A DNA stretch of 64,000 nucleotides, taken from assembly GCA_918797485.1 (NCBI GenBank), contig CAKKNE010000006.1:124001-188000 (forward strand), in the 5' to 3' direction. The position numbers and the translations under genes are program-made. The DNA comes from Pelagomonas calceolata (Eukaryota). Positions 11,731 through 25,112 of the stretch are shown piece by piece; within the stretch, counting starts at the first letter, position 1; the number at the start of each line of letters is the position of its first letter. The notes under the pieces were generated by a model. The model was not told the origin of the DNA and ran no database searches. It saw only the letters and a list, made by a program, of their open reading frames with translations.

Positions 11731-11966
11731 CTGAGTTTGAGCGTCGCCCCCAATCCAATCCCTTGCGACCCCGTGACGACGGCCGTGGCCCAGCCGTGGT
11801 CCTGGTCCTTCACGATGGAAACTTGAAAAATACGGATAAACAACGGCGGGGGTGATTACTAGATGCTCATAAATATATTTCATCGTCTTCTCAGGCCACG
11901 CCGTCGAGCCGCAGGAGTATATATAGAGTACGACGTTAATAGGGGGAGAGGGGACGGGAAACGCGC

Positions 11967-14645
11967 CTAGGACTCCTCCTTGGGCGCCTCGGGCGCGACG
12001 TTCTCCTCGTCCATGGCGTCCTCCTCGCCCGTGGTACCGTCCGCGACCGCAATCAAATCTTCGACGCGCGCCGTGAGGGCGTCCTCGCCGTGCGACGCCG
12101 CGATGCGCCGCGCCAGATCCAGCGACTCGCGGAGCTGCAGTCGACGGGCCAAATCGTAGGCGCGCGCGTAGGCCCCGTCCTTGGTAGCCGCGACGAGCTG
12201 GCGCAGGACCGCCCGGTCTCTTTGTAAAATGGCCTCGTTCGCGGCCCGCGCCAGATCGCGGGCGATGCGCTCGTGCTTCGCCGCATCATCAGAAGCCGGG
12301 CGTCTGGTGAAGGCCAGGACGCCCGCCGCGCCCGCGAGTCGAGCCCGCTGGCGCGCTAGAGTCGTGGGCGCCCCGAGCCCGGCCTCGGCCCTCCGCTGCG
12401 CCGCGTCCCGCGCGGACGACGCGTGGGGCAGTCTCAGCGGCAGCGCGTCGAGGACCGGGCGGGCCCCTCTACACTGCGGCTGCGTCAGCCCCCCCTTGAG
12501 CACGCAGCAGTGGACGGAGCCGTGCTTCGCGTAGACGGGCCATTCTCTGTCACCGATGTTGTGCCTCGTGGTGGCGGCGTCGAGCGCCGGCGCCCAGCGG
12601 TGCCCGAAGTCGTCGACCAGGAGCCAGAAGGAGCCCTGGGAATCACTAGCTAATAAAACGCCGTCGTCACTCTTGAACGCGAGCCACGTCAGCAAACACC
12701 CAGGCTGCAGAGGTAATCTCGTCCCGTTGCCATTTAACGTCTGACGCGATTCCACGTCCAAGACCTGGACCTGGACGTGCTGCCTCCCTTCTCCATCAGG
12801 AATACCTCCATGGTAGGCAACAGCCAGGTACTTGCCGTGGGCCGCGCAGGCCACCACCGGTCCTAAGGAAGCCACCACGGCATCTTCGACGCCACCCGTC
12901 GAGTAGATTCGGATGAGATCGCGCGACGTACAGGCCGCCACGAAGTCGTCGCCCGCGCACACAACTTGAACTCTCTCACCAGGAGGCAGTGTGGCCGACC
13001 AGCCGGCGTCGCGCGCCCACGCGTCCAGGGGACGGAAGTGGAGGATCGACGGCGCGTTTTCGTTGTCCTCCTGACCTTCGGTCCCGAAGACGGCGCCGTT
13101 CTTGCCCAGGGAAGCGACCGTGAAGTCCCTCCTGTCGACGAAGCGCGTCGTCTTCGTCCGGGCCAATCCCTCAGCGAAGTGCTCGACCTCGAAGGCAAAT
13201 TCTAATCCACCTTCTTCCGCGCGAGCGGTGACGCAGCCCTTCTGCGACCAGTGGAGGTAGCGTGGGGCGCCCTCGTCCTCCTCTATTGTACTAGAAGGCA
13301 TGAAGGGCTTCTGGCAGGGGATCAAGGGAGTCTGGACGACGGGCGCTTCCTCGTGGATCGACTCTTCCTCGGGCGGCGGCGCGAAGGGCTCCTGGCCGGC
13401 GAAGGGGTCGTCGAGCTGTTCATCCCCAATAATCTCGTCGTCCTCGGGACTCGGTTCGTTCTCGGCTTTCGGGGACAGTGATAAGTCAACAGACTCGTCG
13501 TCCTCGACGATGCGCTTCTTCTTTCGGCGAGACACGATGGGCACTTCGTCCTCGTCCTCATCAATCTTGCGCTTCTGCGGCGACTCGGACGCCTGGTCCT
13601 CTATCAATGAAGGTTCTTCTTCAGGCTCCACAACTAGTGCCGTGGCGAGGGCACCATGTTTGGAAGCTAATACCAGCGCTTCACCCTTGTTGTGCGTGAT
13701 GAGGGCGAGCGACTGGACTCTAATATCACAGGCAAAAACTTTTAAGGTAGACCCGGTGGCGGCGTCCCAGATGGCCGCGGTATTGCTTGTGAGTTGATCG
13801 GTGATGGTCGCGACGAGCGTACCAGCAGCATTCCAGGCACAAGCTACCACGGCACCGCCTTCGAACAGGGCCTTCTGGTCCTCGTCGGGGAAGACGCCCT
13901 GGGCCGACTTGCCCCAGTCCATGTCCGTAGGCTCTCGCTTGAGCAGTGTAAGTTCCGGTCGCCCCGGCGCCGCGAGCCATTCTCCAGAGTTAGGTTGCCA
14001 GGCGCACTGGAAGAGGGGGTTGTCGTCCTCGAGGGCCGTCTGGGACAGGGTCTTCTCGATCTGCAGGGAGCACCTTGACTTTAATGTAGAATCATCAACA
14101 CCAGAACCAACCGACACCTCGTACAACGAGAGTTGCTTACTTCCGAGATCTACAACGGCCAACGCCTCGGCATTCTTCGGGTCGAATGATGAATCCGTGC
14201 CTGTCGTATCAAGTTCCAGGGAAGAACCGGACTTGACGTCCACGACGAGCACTTTACCATCTCTACAAAGAGCTAATTTGGAGCCGTCCACCGACGCCCG
14301 CAACGACGAAGGCATGACGTCGTTGGCCTTGACGAGCTCTTTGCCTTCTCCTTCATCAAGGTTGGCGTACAGCCTCAAAACGCCGGTGTTGTCCGTCAAC
14401 GCCACTGACCCCCCAGGCAGGGGCACCGTGAAGGCGATCTGGTCCACATCATCCGGTTCGAGGGCGGAAGAGGCGGACGCGAGGCCGTCGCCCTGCCCGG
14501 ACGCCGCCGCGTCGACCAATTTGGCGGCATCGACGACATACGCGCGGCCCTGGCGGCCGCTGCTCACGGCGAGCGCGCCGTCTTCTCCATTAAGAGCGAA
14601 GGCGCCGGCGTACTCTTCTAGTCCAAACTGGAGGTCGAGGGCCAT
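11967..14645 (-). CDS. WDHD1: WD repeat replisome factor Ctf4/AND-1/Mcl1
   Basis: N-terminal WD40-like repeats, acidic linker, SepB region PFMPSST..RYLHWSQKG, WSATLPPGERV, IRIYSTGG, LTWLAF. Confidence 0.85.
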   Translation of the reverse strand: MALDLQFGLEEYAGAFALNGEDGALAVSSGRQGRAYVVDAAKLVDAAASGQGDGLASASSALEPDDVDQIAFTVPLPGGSVALTDNTGVLRLYANLDEGEGKELVKANDVMPSSLRASVDGSKLALCRDGKVLVVDVKSGSSLELDTTGTDSSFDPKNAEALAVVDLGSKQLSLYEVSVGSGVDDSTLKSRCSLQIEKTLSQTALEDDNPLFQCAWQPNSGEWLAAPGRPELTLLKREPTDMDWGKSAQGVFPDEDQKALFEGGAVVACAWNAAGTLVATITDQLTSNTAAIWDAATGSTLKVFACDIRVQSLALITHNKGEALVLASKHGALATALVVEPEEEPSLIEDQASESPQKRKIDEDEDEVPIVSRRKKKRIVEDDESVDLSLSPKAENEPSPEDDEIIGDEQLDDPFAGQEPFAPPPEEESIHEEAPVVQTPLIPCQKPFMPSSTIEEDEGAPRYLHWSQKGCVTARAEEGGLEFAFEVEHFAEGLARTKTTRFVDRRDFTVASLGKNGAVFGTEGQEDNENAPSILHFRPLDAWARDAGWSATLPPGERVQVVCAGDDFVAACTSRDLIRIYSTGGVEDAVVASLGPVVACAAHGKYLAVAYHGGIPDGEGRQHVQVQVLDVESRQTLNGNGTRLPLQPGCLLTWLAFKSDDGVLLASDSQGSFWLLVDDFGHRWAPALDAATTRHNIGDREWPVYAKHGSVHCCVLKGGLTQPQCRGARPVLDALPLRLPHASSARDAAQRRAEAGLGAPTTLARQRARLAGAAGVLAFTRRPASDDAAKHERIARDLARAANEAILQRDRAVLRQLVAATKDGAYARAYDLARRLQLRESLDLARRIAASHGEDALTARVEDLIAVADGTTGEEDAMDEENVAPEAPKEES

Positions 14646-15335
14646 GGTTGTGGCTGCGTGCTGCGGCTGGCAGTTTTGAGTGCTCCGCGCCAAGCGCTGG
14701 TACGCGGCCGCGGCGGCTCACGCTTCGCTGCGCGAGGTCACAGCGGGTCACAGGTGCTGCGGCGAGCTGCCTGCGTGACCAGTTTGGCCGCAGATGAGCT
14801 CAAAACCGGCTCGTCTCGTTCAAACTCTTTGAGAGCAACCCGCGCGATTTTGATCCAGCCCAACCACCGTCCCATTCCTTCTTTGCGAGTCTGAAGGCTC
14901 GGTGTGCACTTTCCGAGGGGTCGGAAGCGCATCTGCTAGGCAGCCCATCGCTTTGGAGGCATCTCCAGCCAGCACGGTCATCACACGCCCTACACCGCAC
15001 ACCGTATCACCCGGCGCCTAAAATGCTCTTCAAAAGCCCAGATCTATGTTGCCTTTGCTCGCCCAAAAGCTGCGTGCAGCGCCGACCTCGCCATCACGAG
15101 TTTGAGCAGTGGCAACTGGTCTGCAGCAGCCAGTGGTCGGGCGCGAGGAGTGCCCACGCATACGTGAAGCGTCAGTCGTGCTGCCACGCGCCGGCGTGCA
15201 CCCCATCTCGCAGCTGCACACGCGTGAGCCGGCACTCGCCACGACGCGACGCGCGTCCGCGGCACACCCGACTCGCAGCCCCGTACGGTTCAGCCGCCAC
15301 AACACAACACGACGCGCGCCCGCCGCAGGCGAACC

Positions 15336-18134
<2,799 letters not shown>

Positions 18135-18281
18135 TTGGCGCTCCTCTGTAGGCTGCCAAGTTGGGGAGCGGTGGCCTTTGCCTGACTTTAACGTCGCGTC
18201 GGCGGCGGGTGTATTGGGCCTTTGCCCACGTTGGGGCAGCCCAGGAGGGCGTAACAATAAAGCTGCCCGGAGGGTGCGCTG

Positions 18282-18304
18282 CTAGCGGCCTGTAAAGACA
18301 CTAG
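18282..18304 (-). promoter_or_regulatory. CTAG-bounded motif, 148 bp upstream of ATG 18134
   Basis: ctagcggcctgtaaagacactag. Confidence 0.65.
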
Positions 18305-18390
18305 CAAGCGGAGATCCTCGCCATGCCTCCTGCTTAGCGACCCGGGCGACGAGTGGGTTGAAAAACACAAGTTAGCCACAACAAAGCACA

Positions 18391-21300
18391 CTAGGACAGG
18401 TCGAAGCCCGCGCCCGAGTGGATCGACGTGAGCAGCCGCTCCTTCAAAACCTTCTCCGAACTGTAGGAAGGTAATTTCAGAGTGTTGAAGCACGTCGAGG
18501 CCGAGGGCAATTTATCAGAATCCGGGATCTTGCGGATGGTGAAGGGCGGCTCGAGGGCCCCAAATCCCAAGGAAGGCCCGCGCTCGCACGCCGTGACAAA
18601 TTTCAACAGCGCGGCCCGATCGGACGGAGAGAGCTTCTTGCAGACGGCCCAGAAGCGTTGGATCGTAGAATCATTGGAACGGCAGTTTTCATAGCGAGTG
18701 AACTTGCGCAAATCATCAACGTCGATGGCCGCGTCCGCGCCACTGATCAAGACTTGTAGTTCGGGCGCCGCGAAAACCCTGAGTAGAGACACATCAACCG
18801 CATCCGCCAGACCGCCCACAAACGCCTCCGACGGCTTCTTCAACCGATCGACCATGTGGAACCGCGCGACGGCCTGGACGTACGCGTGCTTGTTTTGGTT
18901 GGTGACGTCTGTCTTCGAACCGTCGTACCTCAAGTCCTGGGTCACCGTCTCGCCGAAGCGCTCATAAGTTATAGTGAAGTCCAGGCCCAGATCCGCCGCG
19001 TCGCCATCGTACAACTGGAGGAACCGCAGATTCTTGTGGAGCTCCGGGTCTAAGCTACGAAGATCTTCTAACAACGTCACGTAGTTGAAATCGCCCGTCA
19101 GGAAACTCAGGAAACTCCGCGAGAACCTCGGCTGCACCGTCAAGCCTTCTCTCAATGCTTTTCCTAACACCCTTCCAACAAATCTGAACAGCTCCAGCGC
19201 TTCCCGCTCGCCGTGTGCCGTCGCCGCGTCGGGGTTTGGGTAGAGCAATCCATCATGCTTCGTCGTGCGGAAGAGCCCGAAGGCCTCGTCGAAGGCCCTC
19301 TTGGATAGCTCGGTCCAGAACTCCTTGAAGAGGCCGCCCGCATCAATCCCCGCCTCCGTCCGGCCGAAGTCGTCGACAAATTGCACGCTCAGCCTCCCTT
19401 GGAGTTGTAAAGGCGTCAAGGCCGCGACCTGGGCCAGGCCGTCGTCCAAGATGCGGCACCGCCGCACCCGTACGCGCGTCGCCTCCGCGGCACTCGGCCG
19501 CGCGTTGTCCGAACTGTGTAGTGAGAAGGCGTCGGCCCGGTGGCGGAAGGACACGCAGAAGGGCATGCGCGCCATGAGTCGCTTGCTTCGTTGCGACTGT
19601 CTCTGTGCTATTTCTGCATGCGCGTCCTGCGCTTCATCCACTAACCAACCGCTCGGCTTGCATAAGGGCCGCCGGCAGTGCCTCGCATGCAAGTCTCTCA
19701 ACAACGTGACGACCCACGCAAACAACTCGTCCCTCACGGCATCTTTTTTTGGGGAAGACCAGCAGTAACTAAACGCCGCCGGTTTATACATTTGTAGGAC
19801 TTTGCGCAGCATGAAGGGCTGTAGTGGATGGCCTTGGAGCACGTCGTCGTCGTCCGCCACTAATAATGCATGCCGTAGCAACGCCGCGGTCACACAAGCC
19901 AGCGCGACGTCGCTCGTCAGTCGTCCTCCACTAAAGTACGCTGATAGAGCGTAAGTCACGCGCTCCGGTTGCGCTGCTAGGAACCCCCAGAGCTTTCTCG
20001 GAGCGTCGTTCCGGAAGGTCAATTGCGTCAGGGCCTTCAGCCTTAAAACAGGAGAGCACGCCGCCAATCCCAGACATGTGGCGAGGGCCCAGGCCTCGGC
20101 GTCTCCAATTATCATGGGAGTCAAGGAAGGCGCCTTGATTTTGGTAACCGAGTAGTTTTTGGGAGCCGGTTTCTTTTTCGACGAGTAGCCAAAGGCTCTG
20201 AGCACGGACTTCTCCATGCTACCCGCGGTCTTCTCCAATTTTCGAGCCCACTTCGATCCTACCATATCGGCGAGGGCCGACCGCTTCTTCTTCGCGGCGG
20301 CCTCGGAAAACTCGTCGGCGGTTTGTTGGGCTAATTGCGCGTCGAGGGCCATTTCACTTGCCGGGGGCGCGTCGAGGAAGCCTAAATCAATCTCTGATAC
20401 CAGAGCGTCGAACAACACGCCCAGACACCCGTTCCGCGCGTCCACGAGGTCCTTCGCTCTATCTCTAAGCTCGCGGGACGCCGTCACGGGCGTCTTCGCG
20501 CCGCGCACCACGCGCCAGGCCACGACCACATCCTCGTCCGTGAATAATGATGAGGCGTTCTCCGTGCGCTTGAGTGAAGTGGCGACGGCGTCGGCGAAGG
20601 CGCGCGCGTCACTATTTTTTGATGAGAGGAGCCGCCGTCCCAAACTACCGAGCGTTCCCAATATACGAGCGTGCGCGTCGACATCTGCTTCACCACTCTC
20701 GGCCAGCGGGCCCTCTTCAATCATAGCTCGGAGCGCTTTTGATGAACCATCGCCGACGAGCGCTCGTTTACCGGCCTCGCCCGCGACCTCCACAATATTT
20801 GTTGGCCACAGCAGCCGCGCAAAGAGCGCCTCCTCACCTAAACGTCGCGCCGCTGAAGCTGCCGCGGCGACGGCCGCTTCGAGGAAGGCGCCGCGCCTGC
20901 CTCGAATTGCTACTCGCAGCGCGCCATCGTCGTCGAGGATTAATTCACGCAAATCAACATCGCCGCGCCGGTTTAGTAAAGCGCCGACGGCGTCAATTAA
21001 TCCTTCGTTTCTGTTACTCAGCCCGACGCGCCAGCACCGCGCCGCGAGGACCTTCAGCCGCCACGCGTCGTCGTCTTTGCAATCCGCGAGGCCCGCGACG
21101 TTGATGATGGCTTCGAGCGCTTTGGCGTCGAGGGCGTCGCGCGCGAGCGCCGCGTCTCTCAATAAAGGCCCCGCGTGCTCCGCCGGCAGCGTGAAGGGTT
21201 TGTTTGCGGCCGCGAGCAGTTGTTTCAGTTTCGCGATGTCAGCAGACTTCTTCGTGCAGCGCTCGGCGCAGCTTTTCCGGAAAGCGGTTCTGTGTGCTTG

Positions 21301-21441
21301 TCGTCGTATAGCTTTAGTGATCACTAACGCGGGCCGCTGTTCGCGCTTGGCTCGCGCTCGCGCTTCTCTTGCTGCTTTGGCTTGTTCGATGGTGTCGTTC
21401 CTCGTGTTCTTTTTGTCGCTGCTGCGGGAGGTCCACTCCAT
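18391..21441 (-). CDS. HECT E3 ubiquitin ligase (UBE3B/UBE3C/UPL6-7 type)
   Basis: EAGIDAGGLFKEF, LLKFVTAC, LPSASTCFNTLKLP (catalytic Cys), SGAGFDLS C-terminus; IQ-like N-terminus. Confidence 0.93.
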   Translation of the reverse strand: MEWTSRSSDKKNTRNDTIEQAKAAREARARAKREQRPALVITKAIRRQAHRTAFRKSCAERCTKKSADIAKLKQLLAAANKPFTLPAEHAGPLLRDAALARDALDAKALEAIINVAGLADCKDDDAWRLKVLAARCWRVGLSNRNEGLIDAVGALLNRRGDVDLRELILDDDGALRVAIRGRRGAFLEAAVAAAASAARRLGEEALFARLLWPTNIVEVAGEAGKRALVGDGSSKALRAMIEEGPLAESGEADVDAHARILGTLGSLGRRLLSSKNSDARAFADAVATSLKRTENASSLFTDEDVVVAWRVVRGAKTPVTASRELRDRAKDLVDARNGCLGVLFDALVSEIDLGFLDAPPASEMALDAQLAQQTADEFSEAAAKKKRSALADMVGSKWARKLEKTAGSMEKSVLRAFGYSSKKKPAPKNYSVTKIKAPSLTPMIIGDAEAWALATCLGLAACSPVLRLKALTQLTFRNDAPRKLWGFLAAQPERVTYALSAYFSGGRLTSDVALACVTAALLRHALLVADDDDVLQGHPLQPFMLRKVLQMYKPAAFSYCWSSPKKDAVRDELFAWVVTLLRDLHARHCRRPLCKPSGWLVDEAQDAHAEIAQRQSQRSKRLMARMPFCVSFRHRADAFSLHSSDNARPSAAEATRVRVRRCRILDDGLAQVAALTPLQLQGRLSVQFVDDFGRTEAGIDAGGLFKEFWTELSKRAFDEAFGLFRTTKHDGLLYPNPDAATAHGEREALELFRFVGRVLGKALREGLTVQPRFSRSFLSFLTGDFNYVTLLEDLRSLDPELHKNLRFLQLYDGDAADLGLDFTITYERFGETVTQDLRYDGSKTDVTNQNKHAYVQAVARFHMVDRLKKPSEAFVGGLADAVDVSLLRVFAAPELQVLISGADAAIDVDDLRKFTRYENCRSNDSTIQRFWAVCKKLSPSDRAALLKFVTACERGPSLGFGALEPPFTIRKIPDSDKLPSASTCFNTLKLPSYSSEKVLKERLLTSIHSGAGFDLS

Positions 21442-21601
21442 TTTAGCACCTGGTCTTTGTGCTGCGCACGGAGCGGCGTGCGGTTGGGAGAAAGCTGTGC
21501 TTTCGGCGCAGCCGTTGAACAGGTACAGGATTATAGCTCTTATCACGATGACTCGTTCGGCGCTTTACGCCAGAGCGCTTTTTGTCATTATTGACAAGGG
21601 G

Positions 21602-21623
21602 CTAGCGGCCTGTAAGATACTAG
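21602..21623 (-). promoter_or_regulatory. CTAG-bounded motif, 161 bp upstream of ATG 21441
   Basis: ctagcggcctgtaagatactag. Confidence 0.65.
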
Positions 21624-21686
21624 CAAACAAGCAGACGTATCAGACGCCCGCAGATACGACTCTATAGGTATTCATACACAAGCTGC

Positions 21687-23600
21687 TTACGCTTTTTCTG
21701 TGCGGCAGTTATAGCACTTGTCCAACTGAGCATCACAGATGACACAAAGGTAAGCGGGGCAACAGGGCTGGCGGTTCATCTCGTCGTGGCGCCTTGTCTC
21801 ACTGCATATCGGACACGTCTTCGTGCCGACGCGCCGAATGTCGAAGACGTCGGTACCGTCGTACGTCGTGCGTTCGGACGCGCCGCCCGTCTGAAGGGTG
21901 CACGACTGCCAGGACTCATCATCAAGCTCGACGATGGTCCCCTGGGCACGCTCATCAGAATCGATGGGTACGAAAATCACATTCGAGCCCACGCGCAACT
22001 GGAATAACCTCGCGTGAAATTCGAAGCTTGCGGCGGCCTGGACGACGACGGTGTTCTTAAACAGCGCCTGTTCCGATGTTCTCTTGAGTTGGTTGTCTAA
22101 TTGCACGCGCTCGGCGTCGCTAATCTCTCGGAAACCACACCTTTCCCAGAAATCGTCATCTCGTCTCACGGCCTCCACGAAGGTCCGCGGCATGCCGCGC
22201 TGCGCCGCGATACGAGCGAGGTTTCGCAAAAGAAACTTGGCATAGCCTCTTTGCCGCACATTCGCCTTAGTACACAACAGGCGCACTCGCAGCCGGTCCG
22301 TATCGTTGTAGCCGCCCAGGCGCAGGGGTCGAGCCGTGACGACAGCCGCGGCGGAGACAGGAGCGAGCGGTGCGTCCGCACGGCTGATGCAGACGAACCG
22401 GACGGTTTCGAAATCGCGCGTTTCGCTCCTGATGATATCTTTAACCGCCGACGTGGGGGGCCGGCCTGGGGCGGTGAATCCTTCGGTCAGGAGCGTCCGC
22501 GCCGCAGCCAACTCGGCTGGCGTCTTCGCGACCCACAGCTGCATCTCGCGCGTCTGCCCCTCTCCTTGAAAGTCCAGGGTCTCCCGCAGGTGGTTATCCA
22601 AACGAGAAGTGACCCTTCTGGAACGCCGCGACGACCTCGTAGTTTCGGGTTGCGCCTCAGTAAATTCCCGCCAGTGCTCCAGTGGGGGCTCTGACCGCTG
22701 CGCCGCGGCGGGCACGCGGGGCCGCCGCCGCGGCGCGGGGCGGGGCGCGGCCGCGAGAGCCGCACGCGCCGGCTGCCGCGGCGCGGGAGGCGGCGCGGGC
22801 GCGAGACGCGCCGGCGCTGGCGGCCGGCCGCGACCACGCGCGTCGCGCTCCGCGCGCAGGCGCGCAATCTCCTCGTTCGCGCGGCCCAGCCTCCTTTCGG
22901 ACTGGTTCAGTCGCAAACGCAAGGAAAGGATGAGATCTCGCAGTTCCTCATCCAGTGATAGCGAGCCGATCAGAGGAATCCCGCGAGAGACAACGTCCGG
23001 GTCATCCGACTGCAGGAGCTCGTATATCTCGGCCGCGGACAGCTGCGGCGCTACAGGCGCACCGGCGGCAGTGGACTCGTCGGACTCGTCATCATTCTCG
23101 GGAGCGGACGCTGGCGGCGCCGGCGACGGTGGCGGTGGTGGCGCAGCCTCAGCGGGCGCCGGCGCCGGCGCAGGAGCGGCGGCCTCGTCGGGCTCTCCGG
23201 TGCGAGCCCGCTTGCGGCGCGTCTGTGCCGGCGCGGGCGCCGGGGGGCTCCGCTGCTTCTTTTGTGTCTTGCTGCCCCAGCCGCCGCGGCCGCACGTGTG
23301 GCGCCTGTGGCTGCCGTTGCAGGCCTGGCACTTGGCGGGCGGCCGGTCCGACTCGCTCGACGCATCGTCCTCGACTGGCTGCTCCTCCTCCATCGTGTCA
23401 GCAGCTGGCCGGATATCCGTCTTCGGGTAATCACCGTCGTAGCGCCTAAGCCCGCCCTTAAAAAGGATCCGGAAGTACTCCGTTTCCTCGATAGTGCGCA
23501 CCGAGTCCACGCGGGCATCGAGCCACCGGTCATTGACCTTGCACTGGCAAGGTCCGCCAATGGTTATCCTCTGCCGCCGCGGCGGCGGCGCTTCAGCCAT
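21687..23600 (-). CDS. Putative chromatin protein: Tudor-knot-like N-terminus, GNAT acetyltransferase, C-terminal RING-like Cys cluster
   Basis: WLDARV...YFRILFKG...YD; LLCTKANVRQRGYAKFLL (acetyl-CoA motif) ...FWERCGF; CPIC...PCC...CVIC...CYNC. Confidence 0.65.
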   Translation of the reverse strand: MAEAPPPRRQRITIGGPCQCKVNDRWLDARVDSVRTIEETEYFRILFKGGLRRYDGDYPKTDIRPAADTMEEEQPVEDDASSESDRPPAKCQACNGSHRRHTCGRGGWGSKTQKKQRSPPAPAPAQTRRKRARTGEPDEAAAPAPAPAPAEAAPPPPPSPAPPASAPENDDESDESTAAGAPVAPQLSAAEIYELLQSDDPDVVSRGIPLIGSLSLDEELRDLILSLRLRLNQSERRLGRANEEIARLRAERDARGRGRPPAPARLAPAPPPAPRQPARAALAAAPRPAPRRRPRVPAAAQRSEPPLEHWREFTEAQPETTRSSRRSRRVTSRLDNHLRETLDFQGEGQTREMQLWVAKTPAELAAARTLLTEGFTAPGRPPTSAVKDIIRSETRDFETVRFVCISRADAPLAPVSAAAVVTARPLRLGGYNDTDRLRVRLLCTKANVRQRGYAKFLLRNLARIAAQRGMPRTFVEAVRRDDDFWERCGFREISDAERVQLDNQLKRTSEQALFKNTVVVQAAASFEFHARLFQLRVGSNVIFVPIDSDERAQGTIVELDDESWQSCTLQTGGASERTTYDGTDVFDIRRVGTKTCPICSETRRHDEMNRQPCCPAYLCVICDAQLDKCYNCRTEKA

Positions 23601-23780
23601 AGATCCTGGGGCTTGCAACAAGGGCCTGGTGGCTATGATCTGGCTATGGGGCGCTGTCCCGCCGATGACCACGGGCAGCGTCTTGTGTAGAACTGTCGCG
23701 TGGTGCGTCAGGCCGATTCTAACGCGATCAGCGCGCGTATCGCGGCAGACAAAGCGCATCTAGCGCGCCTGGCATTCTAG

Positions 23781-23803
23781 CTAGCGGCATGTAAAGACAC
23801 TAG
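23781..23803 (-). promoter_or_regulatory. CTAG-bounded motif in divergent intergenic region, 181 bp upstream of ATG 23600
   Basis: ctagcggcatgtaaagacactag. Confidence 0.65.
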
Positions 23804-23941
23804 CAAAAGCCGCCGCGACGCGCCGGTAATTCGAGCAAGCTCAGCAGCCATACATGCTGCATTCCAGTGCTGTCCATCACCTGTAAACGCAGCACGCCGT
23901 CGGAGCGACGGCGGAAGACTAGACGCCTCTGCTGGGTGTGA

Positions 23942-24925
23942 ATGCTTGGAGACCTGACCATGGCGCGCCGCCACGGCCACGCGCCGCTCCCGCCGGACAG
24001 CTCATTTCCCCGCCGGCCGTCGCACGAGAGCTTTGGGAAGGGCCACGCGCCGGCTCGAGGCCTGCTGGCAACTGTGCTGGCCGCGGTAAAAGGCGTCCTG
24101 CAGACGACGGTGTGCACCATCCGACGGCCGAAAGAGTCGTGTTCATCATTGCGGCGCTTCTACAAGCAGTTTAAAGGGGGCGCGACGCGACTCTGGGCCG
24201 ACGGACGCGTCGCCTGGCGGCACCGCAAACTCGACGAGCGGGACCGGTGTCGGTTGTTGGACTGGAGGACCGCGCGCATCGCGAGGCGGGCGCCGTGGGA
24301 GGTGCTGCACGTGCTCTGGCTCGTGTTCAATCCCATGCCCCCGCCGCTCGGATTCTTCTGCATCGCGGCGGCCTACCGCTGGCCGCGCATGTTGCTGAGT
24401 CCCCAGTTCCACGAGCCCGAGCAGAAGGCGCGATTTGCGAGGGACGACGACCGGCAAAGGGCCGAAGCACGCGCCATGTTGCGAGGCGGCCAGTTGGCAT
24501 CAGCACTAGTGGCGGCGTCATTATGTGTGAACGACGAAGCCGCGTTGCGGGCGCAGTTCCGCGGGCCGCTCGCGTGGAGCCGCTTCGACGCGCGCGACCG
24601 CGCCGCGTTACTCATGCTCGCGGACCCGGCGCCGCGCTGTTGCCCCTGCTCTGTTTTGAGTTCTCGGAGGCTCGCCGCGAGGGCGGCGGAGCTGCGGGAG
24701 GACGACCAGTTGCTGCGGCCCGCGTTGTTATCTTTAAAATCCGCGGAGCTCCACGCGTGCGCCGCCGAGCGGGCCCTGGTGGTGGACGCGGCGGGCGACG
24801 CGGCGCTGCGCATGGCGCTGGAGCGGTGGCTCGACATGAGGGCGCGGGTGGGAGCGGCGCCGGACCACGCGCCGTTCGTGCTGGCGCTGCTCGCGGACGC
24901 GGGGGGTGGGCTGGGGCTGGCGTAA
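23942..24925 (+). CDS. LETM1/LETMD1-like protein
   Basis: FKGGATRLWAD, proline-rich TM (NPMPPPLGFF), WPRMLLSPQF, AELREDDQLL, ELHACAAERAL. Confidence 0.6.
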   Translation: MLGDLTMARRHGHAPLPPDSSFPRRPSHESFGKGHAPARGLLATVLAAVKGVLQTTVCTIRRPKESCSSLRRFYKQFKGGATRLWADGRVAWRHRKLDERDRCRLLDWRTARIARRAPWEVLHVLWLVFNPMPPPLGFFCIAAAYRWPRMLLSPQFHEPEQKARFARDDDRQRAEARAMLRGGQLASALVAASLCVNDEAALRAQFRGPLAWSRFDARDRAALLMLADPAPRCCPCSVLSSRRLAARAAELREDDQLLRPALLSLKSAELHACAAERALVVDAAGDAALRMALERWLDMRARVGAAPDHAPFVLALLADAGGGLGLA

Positions 24926-24945
24926 AGTAGTTATCTGTGGAAATG

Positions 24946-24967
24946 CTAGTGTCTTACATGCCGCTAG
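24946..24967 (+). promoter_or_regulatory. CTAG-bounded motif, 146 bp upstream of ATG 25113
   Basis: ctagtgtcttacatgccgctag. Confidence 0.65.
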
Positions 24968-25112
24968 CGCGCACCTGGGAAAAAACGGGCCCGTAGCCGC
25001 AGATTGATCGTGAGACGTCACTACACGTGGTCCTCGAATTAGCCTTAGTCACTCCGTAGCACACTGGACCCTGTCGAATCGGTGGTCCTGCTCTAAACAC
25101 TCTCAACTCAGG

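Noticed and set aside
20216..21667. 483-aa plus-strand ORF and similar antisense ORFs throughout
   Set aside because: Shadow frames of well-supported opposite-strand genes in high-GC DNA
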